DNA of 55,880 bases from Thraustochytrium aureum. Its lineage: Eukaryota. This document shows positions 22,824 through 35,096 of the stretch, one piece after another. The position numbers and the translations under genes are program-made. A model generated the notes under the pieces. It was not told the origin of the DNA and searched no databases. It saw only the letters and a program-made list of their open reading frames with translations. How positions within the stretch are numbered: the stretch's first letter is position 1; each line of letters opens with the position of its first letter. The stretch lies in the NCBI GenBank assembly GCA_012862495.1, contig BLSG01000059.1:211293-267172 (forward strand). The letters run 5' to 3'.

Positions 22824-24197
22824 TCAAATCGCCTCGTATCCAAACTCGTCGAAAAATGGCTTCCAACGCTCGTTTAAATACGAGCGCATCGGCTCTTGGA
22901 CAGGAACAAACTTGTTCCGCTCGAAGGTGCCGAGCTCGGCAAGGTAGGCGGCGACCTTCGGTCGCGCGGCGGCCCACGTGGTCCAGCCGAGGTCGCTGTA
23001 GATCTTTTCAAGCGTACCAAGGCAGTCCGCATCTAGGTCGGCATACGAGACCTCAACCAGCTGCCCCTTGGGCACGAGCGCGCGCGCCGCGACATAGTCG
23101 TTGAAGAGAATCTCGAACTGTCCAAGGATAAACTCGGTTATCGCCTCGTCCGAGGGTCGAGCCAGGTAAAACCTCCAGTACGTGGTGTCCGCCATGTTGG
23201 CCGCGCTCTTCCACACCTCGTAGGGGTTGCGGTGAATGTAGATAAACTGCGCGTTGGGGAAAAGTTGCAGCAGGAGCTTGACGCGCGAGCAGTGACAAGG
23301 CGACTTGAACACAAGGCGCCGCGCCTGCCCTGCCCCGGTGCCGCGGCCGTCCCCGCCGCGGCCCTCGCGCGCAAAGGTCACCTTGCGCATAAAGTAGAGC
23401 AAGCAGTCGACCCAGCGCTGCCGCTCCGCCGGCGCTGCCTCCTCAAACGAAAAGTACTTGCGCATGTCGCGCTCCCAAGTCATGAACGACATGGGCAGGT
23501 ACGGCGACGTCCCCGCGCTCAACACGTTGAGGGCCAGCTCGTCCTCCTGCGGTGTCTCCATGTCCAGCTTGACGTTATCCATGGGCCGAGTCTTGTCGAG
23601 CGCCCCTGCAAAGTGGTGTTTCACCCCGTCGAGCAAAATCATGCCTTGCGGGAACCCTGTCTGCCACGTCGACGCGAAGATAAACGCATCCGAGTCGAGC
23701 GAGAGCAGGTTGTGCAAGTGCGTCGTCCCAGTGCGCGGGTGGCCAAGCACAAACACCGGCCGGTCGTTGATCACGGTGGCGCGGACCCTTCGCCCATACA
23801 CCAAGTCCTCCACAATCCCCGCAGCAGAGTTGAACACTGCAATGCCAGTCAGCGCCGCGAGCCGAAACCAATACGTTCCCCAGTCAATCTGGCGCCAGCG
23901 CTTGCTCAAAATCTCCAGCCACGCCCCCAAGGCGATGCCTTGCAGGTTGTTGAGCCGCACCGTGTGTTGGTCTTTGAAGTGAAACGTGGCTGTCACCTTC
24001 GGCGCGTCTCCTTCATGTCTCTCCGGCCGCTCGCCTCCGAGGGCAGCCAGCATCGCAAACCCGACCACGGCGCCCGCAACGAGTACATTCAGGGGCGTGA
24101 CCGCCAGCACCGCAACGACCGCAGGCGTCCAGGCCAGTGCGGATATGGCCACCTGGCTTGAACCGTCGTACCCTGCAGCAGCCGTCGACATTTCCAT
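22824..24197 (-). CDS. PAPS-dependent sulfotransferase (Sulfotransfer_3 / Stf3-like) with N-terminal hydrophobic segment
   Basis: PVFVLGHPRTGTTHLHNLL (5'-PSB loop), RPMDNV, PQEDE, LVFKSPCH, FIYIHRNPYEV (3'-PB), VSYADL and FGYE C-terminus; the frame is intact. Confidence 0.9.
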   Translation of the reverse strand: MEMSTAAAGYDGSSQVAISALAWTPAVVAVLAVTPLNVLVAGAVVGFAMLAALGGERPERHEGDAPKVTATFHFKDQHTVRLNNLQGIALGAWLEILSKRWRQIDWGTYWFRLAALTGIAVFNSAAGIVEDLVYGRRVRATVINDRPVFVLGHPRTGTTHLHNLLSLDSDAFIFASTWQTGFPQGMILLDGVKHHFAGALDKTRPMDNVKLDMETPQEDELALNVLSAGTSPYLPMSFMTWERDMRKYFSFEEAAPAERQRWVDCLLYFMRKVTFAREGRGGDGRGTGAGQARRLVFKSPCHCSRVKLLLQLFPNAQFIYIHRNPYEVWKSAANMADTTYWRFYLARPSDEAITEFILGQFEILFNDYVAARALVPKGQLVEVSYADLDADCLGTLEKIYSDLGWTTWAAARPKVAAYLAELGTFERNKFVPVQEPMRSYLNERWKPFFDEFGYEAI

Positions 24198-24997
24198 CTC
24201 GCCGTCCTTCGCTGCGAACCGCTCGAGCCCGTCCTGCCAACCAACTCGATCGCCAGACGCGAGTCGCGCGACGCAGCAAGCCAGCCAGCCGGTCTGCACT
24301 GCTGCCGTCGCGCCCGCCGAGCAGCGCACTGCGTGGGGGATGATCGCGCACTCCATGCCGAGGCGGAGGGCGCCATCCCGACCGTGTCAACGCAATCAGG
24401 GTCGGGCTCGGGTACACTCACTCACCCCGAGCGGAGCCGCCCTCGCCCAGCGCCTGCAGAGCCTGCAGAGCCTGCAGAGAATGCCGTCCGTTGCCTCAGG
24501 CGGCCAGGGACGGGCTGGCCTGGGCTGGCCTGGCTGGGCGCACGGCGAGCGGACGGGCGAGACGGCAATCCTTCGAGTCGAGGACGGTGGACAGGTCGCG
24601 GCAGGCGTCGAACATGCACNNNNNNNNNNNNNNNNNNNNNNNNNNNNNNNNNNNNNNNNNNNNNNNNNNNNNNNNNNNNNNNNNNNNNNNNNNNNNNNNN
24701 NNNNNNNNNNNNNNNNNNNNNNNNNNNNNNNNNNNNNNNNNNNNNNNNNNNNNNNNNNNNNNNNNNNNNNNNNNNNNNNNNNNNNNNNNNNNNNNNNNNN
24801 NNNNNNNNNNNNNNNNNNNNNNNNNNNNNNNNNNNNNNNNNNNNNNNNNNNNNNNNNNNNNNNNNNNNNNNNNNNNNNNNNNNNNNNNNNNNNNNNNNNN
24901 NNNNNNNNNNNNNNNNNNNNNNNNNNNNNNNNNNNNNNNNNNNNNNNNNNNNNNNNNNNNNNNNNNNNNNNNNNNNNNNNNNNNNNNNNNNNNNNNC

Positions 24998-25379
24998 GAC
25001 GAGTTGTCCATGAAGGCCGCGCTCGCCTCCGAAGGCAACGTCGGCGACGTGATGGCTGGCACGTCGGCAGGCGGCGGGACGCCGTGGAAAGCGCTGGGGG
25101 CCGGCGCCACGAAGGCGCTCTGCGGGTCAAAACCGTTCTGCTGCTGCTGCTGCTGCTGCTGCGGGTACGCCGGCACGGGTGAGGCCGCGAGAGGCGGCGA
25201 AGCCTGCACAGGCGGCGGAGTACCAGTTGGCGTTGGCACGCTGTTGAGGTACTGCTGCTGTCCAGGAACCGGCGAGTTGGACATCGGCGGCGTTGGCACT
25301 GGCGAGGCGAGACGCGAGGGCTGAAAACCAGCCGGCGAGCTGGGGTTGTGAGGCTTGAAGGAGGGCTCCGGATGCTGAA

Positions 25380-25411
<32 letters not shown>

Positions 25412-26649
25412 AGAGCTGGATTGAAAGGTTGGACTGGCGCTGGGTTGAAAACTTGCACGTTGCCAGCTCCAAAGTTGTTCGGGGCCGCGAACGCCGACGG
25501 GGCGCCTCCGGGGACTGGCGCGGGCGAGGCATACGGCACTGGCGAGCCGCCCGTGTTGCTCGCCGCATCATAGGTAACGTAGCGACCGCGCGAAAACGGC
25601 GACTGCTTGGCGATGTTCGGGTTGTAGGTGGGCGGCGCTGCAGGGGCACCGGCGTCGCGCGGGCTGGTGTTCGCAGGACGGTACTTGGAGGTGTTCCCAT
25701 ACTTGGCCGCAAGCTCCGGGTTGCCCACCGTCGTGACAAAGCCATCCGGCTCTATCACGCGCGCCGGCCGCACGCTCGCCCGCGCGTTCGGGTCTTGGTA
25801 TGTAGAGTGGCCGTGCTGCGGCGGCGCAGCCATGCCTGCAGGGGCAGGGGCTGGAGGTGGCGCGCCTACAATGGCCGGGGCCGGAGCGGCTACATTCGCG
25901 GGGGGCAGCAGGTTTTGATGGGGTGGGGCGCCGCCAGGCTGAAAACGGCGGCTGCTGATACTGTCCTTGAGCTTGGGGCTGCGCATGCTGTGCAAACCCA
26001 GGCTGCACCGAGCCAGGCGCGACTACAGGAGCAGGCCCCACACCATACGGCTGCGCTGCTGCTCCTGGCGCCACCCCCTGCGGTATGGGAGCCCCAGGCG
26101 GAGGTGGCGCGCTTCCCATCATGGGCGGAGGCGGGAGGTTTGCGAGTCGCGCGCGCTCGGTTGCCATGTCAACCGTGGCCCCAAGAATCTTTGGCGCAGT
26201 ACCGGTGCGCTGCTCTTCGCTGAACATGAGCGGCATGAGGTACTGCTTGACGCCAAAGCCCTCAGCGATGTCGTAGGGCGTCATGTTGCGGTCGTTCTTG
26301 TCCAGGACGCTGAGACCGATGCTTATGAACTGCTTGACCAGCTCGAGGTGGCCCTTGGCAGCAGCATAGTGCAGGCACGTGTTATTGCGCTGGCCCTTGG
26401 CCAGCGGGTCGGCGCCGCGCTCGAGGAAGTAGTTCACCAAGTGGGCCTGACCGTTGTACGCTGCGACGTGCAGGAGGGTGTTCCCGTTCGCGTTGCGCAT
26501 GTTGGCATCGTACCCCATGCGGTCCATCTGCGACTGCACCGTGTGCAGGTCCCCATCAGCAATGGCACTCAGCAGCTTGTCCTCGTCAGACTGTTCCGGC
26601 GCGAGCGTCTTGTAAGCTCGGCCACCTTGCCCTCAAAAAACCCAAACAT
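24998..26649 (-). CDS. Ankyrin-repeat protein with long Pro/Gln-rich C-terminal tail; frameshifts near 26637 and about 25950; 3' end obscured by gap
   Basis: GNTLLHVAAYNGQAHLVNYFLERGAD, NNTCLHYAAAKGHLELVKQFI and TPYDIA, followed by P/A/Q low-complexity sequence. Confidence 0.85.
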
Positions 26650-27349
26650 CCTCCGACACCGTGCCGCGCGACTCGCCTCCCTTTGCAGGCCCCTCCCGTC
26701 CGCCGCAGCTAGACCTTCCGGCGTCCCCGGCAACCGCAATAGCAGCGGCAGCAGCGGCAGCGGTGGCAGCAGGGCCAACGCGCCTCCAAAAAAAAAGNGT
26801 CTAACGTCGAGCGAGCGAGCGAGNNNNNNNNNNNNNNNNNNNNNNNNNNNNNNNNNNNNNNNNNNNNNNNNNNNNNNNNNNNNNNNNNNNNNNNNNNNNN
26901 NNNNNNNNNNNNNNNNNNNNNNNNNNNNNNNNNNNNNNNNNNNNNNNNNNNNNNNNNNNNNNNNNNNNNNNNNNNNNNNNNNNNNNNNNNNNNNNNNNNN
27001 NNNNNNNNNNNNNNNNNNNNNNNNNNNNNNNNNNNNNNNNNNNNNNNNNNNNNNNNNNNNNNNNNNNNNNNNNNNNNNNNNNNNNNNNNNNNNNNNNNNN
27101 NNNNNNNNNNNNNNNNNNNNNNNNNNNNNNNNNNNNNNNNNNNNNNNNNNNNNNNNNNNNNNNNNNNNNNNNNNNNNNNNNNNNNNNNNNNNAGGACGCG
27201 CAGGGCAGCGCGGCAGGCCACGGGGCGCCTGGCTGGCTGGGCCGCGCGCAGCGCTCGGCTGGCCGCTCCTGCTGCTGCCGCCGCTGCTGCGGGCGCGGGT
27301 GTGGCCGTGGATTCTTGGGATTTTTGGCGGATTTTGGCGGATTTTGGCC

Positions 27350-30300
27350 ATGTTGGCCGAGGTGGCCGAGGTCGGCGACGTGCGCGGGACGCCGAGGGAC
27401 GCTGGAGAGGAGCGCGCTGGCCCCAGTGATGGGGGCGCGGAGGTGCGCATGGTGAGGGGTGGGCCGCATGGCGAGGTCGCGTTTGTGGTCGATGGGAGGG
27501 CGGTGTGCGTGGCGTTCGCCGGGGCAGAAGGGCGGCCGGCGAAGGTGCAGCGCGTGGCCAACCTCCAGGGGATTGAGAGCATCGCCTGGGCGGGGTCTGG
27601 CAGGCAGCTGAGCTTGGTGGCAGGGTACGCAAACGGGCTGGTGCGGCTCATTGCGGTCGGTGCAGAGGCGGACAGCCGCAAAGAGGCCAATAGGGAGTTT
27701 GTGCTCCACGGGAGCCGCGTCGTACGGGTCGCTTCGATGCGCACCAAGCGCGAGGAAGAGCGCGTCTGGGTTCTGTACGAAGACAGCGTCGTTGTGAGCG
27801 TGCCGTTTCAGCGGCTCGCTGCGACGCCGAGCTGGTCAGACCCGGAACAGCTCGCGATGTGGCGGCTCCGCAACCAGCGCGCGGTTCACGGCTTCGCTCC
27901 CTTTCCACTCCGGACGCTCTACCACACCCCTGAGGCGCTTTTCAACGACGACTCGAGGTTCGCCCGGAGCTTTGCTTTGCTGACCGTGGGCCAGGGACCC
28001 TCGTGGGGCCTGTTCGTCACAGAGTCGATCGGGGAACAAAAGGGCGGCCAAGTTGCCTCGTTGGGGTCGCTTGCCTCAGCTGTGGCCTCGTCGATAGGTA
28101 GCAGCGTGTTTTCCATCGCAAAGTCGTGGGTCCCTGGGGCTGCTGGACGCGGTGCTGCCGTGGACAAGGCCCCGCAGGCGAGCACCCCTGCGAGCGAGGA
28201 TGACAGCGACGCCGAGACCGGCGCTGCAGTCACGGCGCCTGGGGACGCGCCCTTGGCCCCCAAGCATGCCGACAGCGGCCGAGAGGTTGGCTTGAGGTCG
28301 AAGCACGGCATCTTCGACTCTGCCTCGCGCGGGATTTCTGGCGCCGTAAACGGGGACGACCCATCTGGGCGGTATGCTGTGACGGTGGATCAGCTCGGCC
28401 GCGTAGTCCTGGTGGATACCTGCGGGCTGCGTCTCGTCAAGGTGTGGAAAGGGTACCGCGATGCGCAGACAGGCTGGCTCTCCTCGCCTGAGCGGTGGGC
28501 CGACCAGTGGAGCGCCGCCCCAGACACTCCCGTCGAGGAGGCCGCTCGAGGGCGCCGTATTTTGCGCTGGGGGTTGTACTTGGTTATCCTTGCTCCGTGG
28601 CGCCAGACCGTGCAGGTTTGGCGCGTCCCTGGCTGCGTGCTTGTGTCGAGTTTTCGGGTCCGAACTGCCTCGCCCCAGGCAACGCAGGTGGCGACCTGTG
28701 TTGACGCATTGGGACGCGCGTCCTGCTTGGTCATGCAGCGCCGGCGGGACCGAGGCGAAGCTGCGTGGTCCATTTGCCGCGTCCGCCTCACTTTGGAGAG
28801 CCTGGCGCGCTTGTTTGCGCAGCTCGACCGCGGGAGCAACCAGCAGGAGGCCCTCCAGGTGCACCAGTTTCGCCGCGCGCTGTCCCAGGCCAAGCCGCAA
28901 CGTGCGGTGCAGATTTTAGAAGCGGCCGCCGACGCCCAGCTCGTGTGGCGTCTCCTTTTCGTTTTGGACACGTGCATTCCAGCGCCACCTGGCTGGACCC
29001 CCACAGACCATTCCAAGCTTTTGAGCGCTGCTGCCAAGGTAGTTGACCGGCTTGGGCAAGCCGCGTCCCCCTCGCGCACCGACCGCCTCGCAGCGCCAAG
29101 GGCGGAGCGCGTCGAGTTTGAGCAGCACCGCGACCTCGTGTGGCGCCTTTCCGCGCTGCTCAAGGTGAGGGCTGAGATTGTTGCAATAGGCACCAGCTTG
29201 GCTCTCGATTGCGCTGCCCGCGACGACCTGGAAGAGCAGCGGCGGCTCTTTGACGGCGGCCTGGACCTTGGGCATGGCGTTGAGGTCTCCGTCGAGGACC
29301 TCAGCCCGAGTGTCCGGGACGCGGCGCCTGGGCGCCGCAGGCGATGGCCTGCGCGGCCTGATTGCGGCGTTTGGTGGAGCGGTACTTCGCGAGGCGCCGC
29401 CCGCGGCGCAAGGCGCCGCGACAGGCATGCACCGAGGCATTGCCCATCTGTCCCCAACAGCGCGCGCAGAGCTCGCGGGCATGCTCTTCGAACCGCTTCT
29501 AGCCGACGTGTTCCGCACCAAGGCCGTTTTGAGGGCGGCGGAGCGCCTCGGTATTCCAGCAGTCGACGTGGCGGCCCTCTTCGCAGAATGGTGGTTCCGT
29601 TGCGACCTCGCGCTTTTGGGGGCCGTTTGCTCGGGCTCTTCCTCCAACGGCCCCGTGCGACTACTCGAAAACATTCTGCCGGAGCCGCGGCGAAGCCCGG
29701 CATTTCAGGCGCCTGCTACTAGCGACTCGGATGACGGNNNNNNNNNNNNNNNNNNNNNNNNNNNNNNNNNNNNNNNNNNNNNNNNNNNNNNNNNNNNNNN
29801 NNNNNNNNNNNNNNNNNNNNNNNNNNNNNNNNNNNNNNNNNNNNNNNNNNNNNNNNNNNNNNNNNNNNNNNNNNNNNNNNNNNNNNNNNNNNNNNNNNNN
29901 NNNNNNNNNNNNNNNNNNNNNNNNNNGTCGATATTTTGGTCGGAAAGTGCTGCTCGAGCGAACGCGTCGCCCACGCGGCCCTCTTGTTGCAAGCGCTGCT
30001 TGCCGCTCTCCGCGTCAAGGCCAAACCGTTGCGGGAAGCTGGTGCTTCGACGAGTCCCGAGGCGGCGGAGGTGGAGCGTGCCGCTGAGCGCTTGGCCCGA
30101 CTGGCCGAGCTCAACGCTTGCGTCGGAATCGTTGCACGCGGCATCTCGGTTGACGCTCTGAGCGCGGGCGGCTCAGCGTCGCTCGCAGCGATTGTGGGTG
30201 CCGCCAAGGCGCGTCGGCTCGAGGTCGACAGGCTTTTGACTCTGTTCCCCGCGGCTCGCGACCTTGGCCAGGATCCCATAAAGTGCCACTTGGTGCGCTG

Positions 30301-31372
30301 CTTGGCATCGGGCGACGATGCGAGCCCAATCGAGGCTGTTGCCGCCTCGTATGAGGTCAAGCACGCCGAAACGCGCGGCGGCCTCTTGATTTGGCTCTGG
30401 GCTAGCTCTCTGGTGCCCGCGTTGGACGGCGTTTTGGACTCTGGCCTTCTCGACCAGGCACCCGCGCTTGTCATCATCGACTGCGCTCTGGAGCTTCTCG
30501 CCCTCTTACGAAACGCGTTGCAGCTGGCCCGCCGCAACGCAGACGACCCGGACTACGACCCCATGCAATTGTATCAGAAAATCCGTGACGCCGAGGCCGA
30601 CCCCGAGTCGTGGCCTCGTCTTGGAGCCGAGTGGCCTGCACAACTCTGCACCTCATTCTCCGCCATGCAAGTCAATTTGAGCGAGTCCAATCTTAGCTCT
30701 CAGCGAAGCGCCCTGCTCGCGCTGTCGTCGATCGTGAAGCTCGCCTCAACGAGCAAAAGCGCTGTCATGCCAGACCTCCGAACGCTGCTGGGGCAGCTCT
30801 TCCCGCCCGGGGCCGATATTTTGTCGCGAGATTGTCTTACTGCTGATACCCCGTCAGCGAATGAGTCGCAAAGCCCGGCAGTCGAGACGCGACGGTGGCA
30901 GCTCGTTTCCAGGCTGCTGCGGGAAGGCCCGCGCGACGCAAGCGGCGCCCCCGATGCAACGGCAGCGTTTGAGCTGGGAAGGGGTCTAGGTCTCTCTGGC
31001 GACAAGATCCGGCAAGAGCTCGCACATGTGCTGTACAGCCAGGGGCTGGACAGCATTGGCGCGACGGCTTTGGACCAGGTCGAGGACAAGGCCTCCGCAG
31101 CGCTGCCTTTGTTGGCCATCGCGCGAGCTCGCATGGCGCGCATTCTGAGCAGAATGCAGGCGAGCCCGACGCACCGGCATTTGCTCGCGGTGATTTCGGC
31201 AGACACGAGCCGCTGGATTCGCTCTGGGGCATTGTCTGGTTCGGGCGCGGAGGAGCCGCACGGCCAGCTCTCAGGTTCAGGTAACGAGCTCTCTGGGACG
31301 CTTGCGCTGCTCCGGCGTTTACAAGAAATCCTGGAAGGCAGGGCGCTGCGCACCAGCGGGCCGTGCAGATGA
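27350..31372 (+). CDS. RAB3GAP2: Rab3 GTPase-activating protein non-catalytic subunit-like (frameshifts and one gap)
   Basis: RYAVTVDQLGRVVLVDTCGLRLVKVWKGYRDAQTGWL and LYLVILAPWRQTVQVW match RAB3GAP2_N. The helical C-terminus includes LGLSGDKIRQELAHVLYSQGLD. Confidence 0.85.
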
Positions 31373-31606
31373 CGCGCGCAGCGGATGCCCTGTGGCGCAG
31401 AGAGCAAGAGCTTCGTTGAGGCTGTGTGCCGAAAGTGTAAATAAGTACCTGCATACTGTGTCTGTTTGCTCTTCGGCTTGGGGGAAGGTGCCACTCTACC
31501 GTGACGCAAGTACGCCATCAAGCGAGGAAAGGTCCTCTTGCGACTCCGAAGCGCGCGTCGCCTGGTGGCACTGCGAAGCAGGGCCTCGCCAAAACCGCGG
31601 GCGGCT

Positions 31607-33372
31607 TCAAAAGTGAAACGTCTCGGAGTGCATGTGCACCGCCACGGCCCCCTTGGAGACGCGCTCACGGGCACCAGCAGCAAAAAACACATCTTGAATC
31701 AGGTGTTGGGGGCCGCAGGCAAGAACAGCCACAAGGGGCCACGGGAAAGCCGTCAACGTCCTGCGCGGGGCTCCCCGCTCTTCGAACCAAGGCCTCCATG
31801 TGCAAATCCCAATCCGGCCGCGCGCCGACGTGGAGCGCCACACAAGCACCAAGGCCATCCTCCACCGCCTTGCGGTATTCCCTGGCGCTCGCTGCGTCCA
31901 AGGTGAGGTGCACGTCGATCGTGATGCCACCACGACCCGCGCAACGCGCTAGCACTGGGGCGAACTCGAGCAAGAGCGCGGCGTCGCGGACGCACCAGAC
32001 AAAGCAGAGCGGCGGCGATTGAAACGACGAGTCCGCTGCCGCGACCAGGAGCGGAAGAAGCGGGGTGACGCCGATGCCGCCGGCCGCGATGAGGGCGGCG
32101 TCGTACGTGGCAAGCGGGAAGCCCAGCTCGAGGCCTCCGAATGGACCGTTGAGCTGAGCTGGAGCGTCTTCGAGTCGCTGGTCACCGTCGGCGACCATCG
32201 CCACGAGCTCGCGCGACCAAGCCCCGCGCCGCCGGGCAGCTTTCACGTAAACGACGACGCCTTCGTCTCCAAGCGGGTTGTCGAGACCCTGGGCGTTGCT
32301 GCTAGCGGAGGGCAAGCACACGTTGCAGACGCTGTAGGGGTGCGACTCGAGCCGGGAAACCGCAGGCAGCGCAAGCGAGATCCAGGCTCCGGGCAGACGA
32401 GCCGTCAGCTCGCTCGCCGACAGCTGGGACAAGCCGTCGCGCGGGTTGCTGCTCGGCCCGCCGCAGCGCGCAAGGTGAAGCTTGACGATGCCCTGGCCCA
32501 GCGAGCTCGCCCCACTGACCCGCCAGCTCGGCGCCGCTTTCGTCGCGCGGTACAGCCCTTCGTGCGGCGTTCACAAGCAGGAGCAGAACCGGGAGGGCGG
32601 CCTTGAGGATGAACTGGTCCCACCCGTGGTGGAAGCAGAGCGCCACGACATAAGCAGGGCCGGCCGCGACGTGGATGAGCCAAAACGTCGTGTAGCGAGC
32701 CCTTCGCACCGCGCCGAGGCTGGAAAAAAAGATGACGAGCAGGAAGGCGCCAGCCACGAATCCGGCCATGTTTTTGGGCTTGATAAACTTGGCCCAAAAC
32801 TTGCCGTCTTTCGTCCAGTTGATCAGAAACCCCACCGCGTGCACAGCCGTACCGGCCACAAGCGCGCGGCCGAGCCACCGGTGCCACTTGACAAGCTTGT
32901 CTAGCGCCAGCCCGGTGGCCGCGGTTATCCACGTAGAGCGCGACACCGGTAGCAACAGCATGGCGGTCATGGCGTGCAGCAAGTCGCCGAGGTGCTGCCC
33001 GAACTTCTTCAGCCGGTACGTCCAGTCGGCGCACTCTTCCTTGGCCTTCATCGCGAAGCAGCCGTCAAAGTACAGTTTCGGCACGGCCTCGAACCATACA
33101 ACCAGCGCCGCGCAGAGCACCAGGGCGCCCACCAGGCCGAGCTCCCCAGCGCGCAGTCTCGCCAGCTCCCACGGCAGCGCCCGCGCGGCCCAGGAGGCGA
33201 GCAGCGGCCGCCTCCCAAGGCGAGCCCTCAGCGTGCTCACCTCGAGTCTCCTCGGGCCGCCCCAGCACCGCGGTTTTGGCGCGCTTACCGCCGCGTCCAG
33301 CTCGTCCTCGACCAGCTCGCCGCGCTCGTCGTCCACGTCCGACAGGTGGTCCTTGCCGTGGTACCGCCCCAT
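31607..33372 (-). CDS. Ferric reductase / NADPH-oxidase-family (FRE) membrane flavocytochrome; several frameshifts
   Basis: LLLPVSR; heme His pairs KWHRWLG...VHAVG and FWLIH...CFHH; ESHPYSV (FAD); GPFG, AAGGIGVTP, FVWCVRD, ACGP and HSETFHF* (NADPH domain). No EF hands. Confidence 0.9.
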
Positions 33373-33618
33373 CGCGCTGCCCGGCCAGCGCCTTGCTGCC
33401 GTCCTCGAACGCCCCAATGTCACCGCGATGGACGCGCCCGAAATGCCCAAATCCGCGACGCGCAGGCCGCGATATCGGCCGCCGCTTCGTCGCGCGAGCC
33501 AGGCGTCCCGCGTTGCGCGGCACAGCGGGGGGGCGATCGAGCTAGCTCTGCTGTTGGTTTTGTGGGTTTGTGTTGTTTTTTGGGTGAGGGATTGACTGGT
33601 GCATCGTTCGTGGGCGAG

Positions 33619-34705
33619 ATGATGGGGACGGGCGATGTGCCGCCGATGCTCGCGCTTGCGCTGGCTGCTGGATGCGGCCTCGCGATTGGCGTCGCCCTGG
33701 GTCGGCAGAGCGCGAAGGATCCCTCGGCGGACGCAAGGGAGGACGGCGCCAGGCTGGAGAGGGCCAAGGCGCGGATCGCGCAGGTGACCCCGTTGTAGGT
33801 TGGGCCAGGGTGCTGCTGTGGCTGGCCGGCTCGCTGGTGGGGTGGCTGGTCCGGCGGAGGCCGCTGGGTTTGCTGACGCGCGCGCGCAGCTACAAGTACA
33901 AGGGGATCGACCGCTTTTACGACATCTCGGGGTTCCTGCGCCACCCGGACGCGTTTCAGATNNNNNNNNNNNNNNNNNNNNNNNNNNNNNNNNNNNNNNN
34001 NNNNNNNNNNNNNNNNNNNNNNNNNNNNNNNNNNNNNNNNNNNNNNNNNNNNNNNNNNNNNNNNNNNNNNNNNNNNNNNNNNNNNNNNNNNNNNNNNNNN
34101 NNNNNNNNNNNNNNNNNNNNNNNNNNNNNNNNNNNNNNNNNNNNTTTCAGATCGTTGTTGACCTGTTCGTGCGCAAGTACCGGGACGTCGAGTGCGACGC
34201 GATCGTGCGGGGTGGACGCCCGCGGGTTTGTGCTTGGCCCACCAGTGGCGCTGGCGCTCGGCAAGCCGTTTTTCATGGTTCGCAAGGCCGACAAGCTGCC
34301 AAAGTGCGTCACGGGCGACAACTACCGCAAGGAGTACGCCGGGGACGACCGCCTCAGCGTCCCGGTGGGCGCCATCAACCACGGCGACCGCGTCGTGGTA
34401 ATCGACGACCTCGTGGCAACCGGCGGAAGCGGTAAGTTGCTGGCTCGCGCTGGCTTGCCGTTCAGAGAACAATTACCTAACAACGGGGGGCGCCCTGCGT
34501 TGCGCGGTGGCAGTGCAAGCTTCGCTAGACTTGGTCAAGCGCCTCGGCGGCGTCTGCGCTGGTGTCGCGTGCGTCATCGAGATCAAGTCGCTCGGTGCCC
34601 CGCGACCGCCTCGCCGCTGCCGGCTACGATGCAGTCGAAATCTTCTCCATCATCGAAGAGGACCTGCTCACTCTCGACGGCGACCTCCTCGCGTCGCCGC
34701 CCTAG
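33619..34705 (+). CDS. APRT: Adenine phosphoribosyltransferase with N-terminal hydrophobic anchor; introns 33795-33889 and 34432-34513
   Basis: Spliced product reads PFYKYKGIDRFYDIS, GVDARGFVLG, MVRKADKLP, YRKEY, RVVVIDDLVATGGS (PRPP loop) and ACVIEI. Both introns are GT-AG with GCTGAC / CCTAAC branch sites. Confidence 0.92.
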
Positions 34706-35096
34706 CCACACCGGTCCATGCATCTATAGCAATAACACGCACGCACCGGGTACCCGGGTACCCTGCGTGATCGTTCATGCTCTTCAACTAGATGAGTAGC
34801 CTGCTTCTCGAGCTTGTCTCACCAACCCCAGCGCGCCTAGCCCAAACCCAAACAGGCCCTTGCAATACCGCAGCGTCGGCAGCGGCCCTGCCTGCAGCCC
34901 TCGAGAGCCACCAGCAAGCCGCTGCGGCGGCGTCCTCCGCGGCACGGGCGGCGTCAGGTCCCACGAAGCCCGTCAAGAATCGGCCCATGCAAAAGACATG
35001 GAATGTAAGCAGGCAGCTTGAGTGGCCATGCGCAAGTCAGTGCTCGAAAGGGGTTTGCCGCTGGCGCACTCGGCGCCCAGGAAGGAGTCCCTGGAA

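Noticed and set aside
33954..34152. TTTCAGAT on both sides of the gap inside APRT
   Set aside because: The protein reads continuously (DAFQ-IVVDLF) if the two ends are merged, so the gap is probably spurious.
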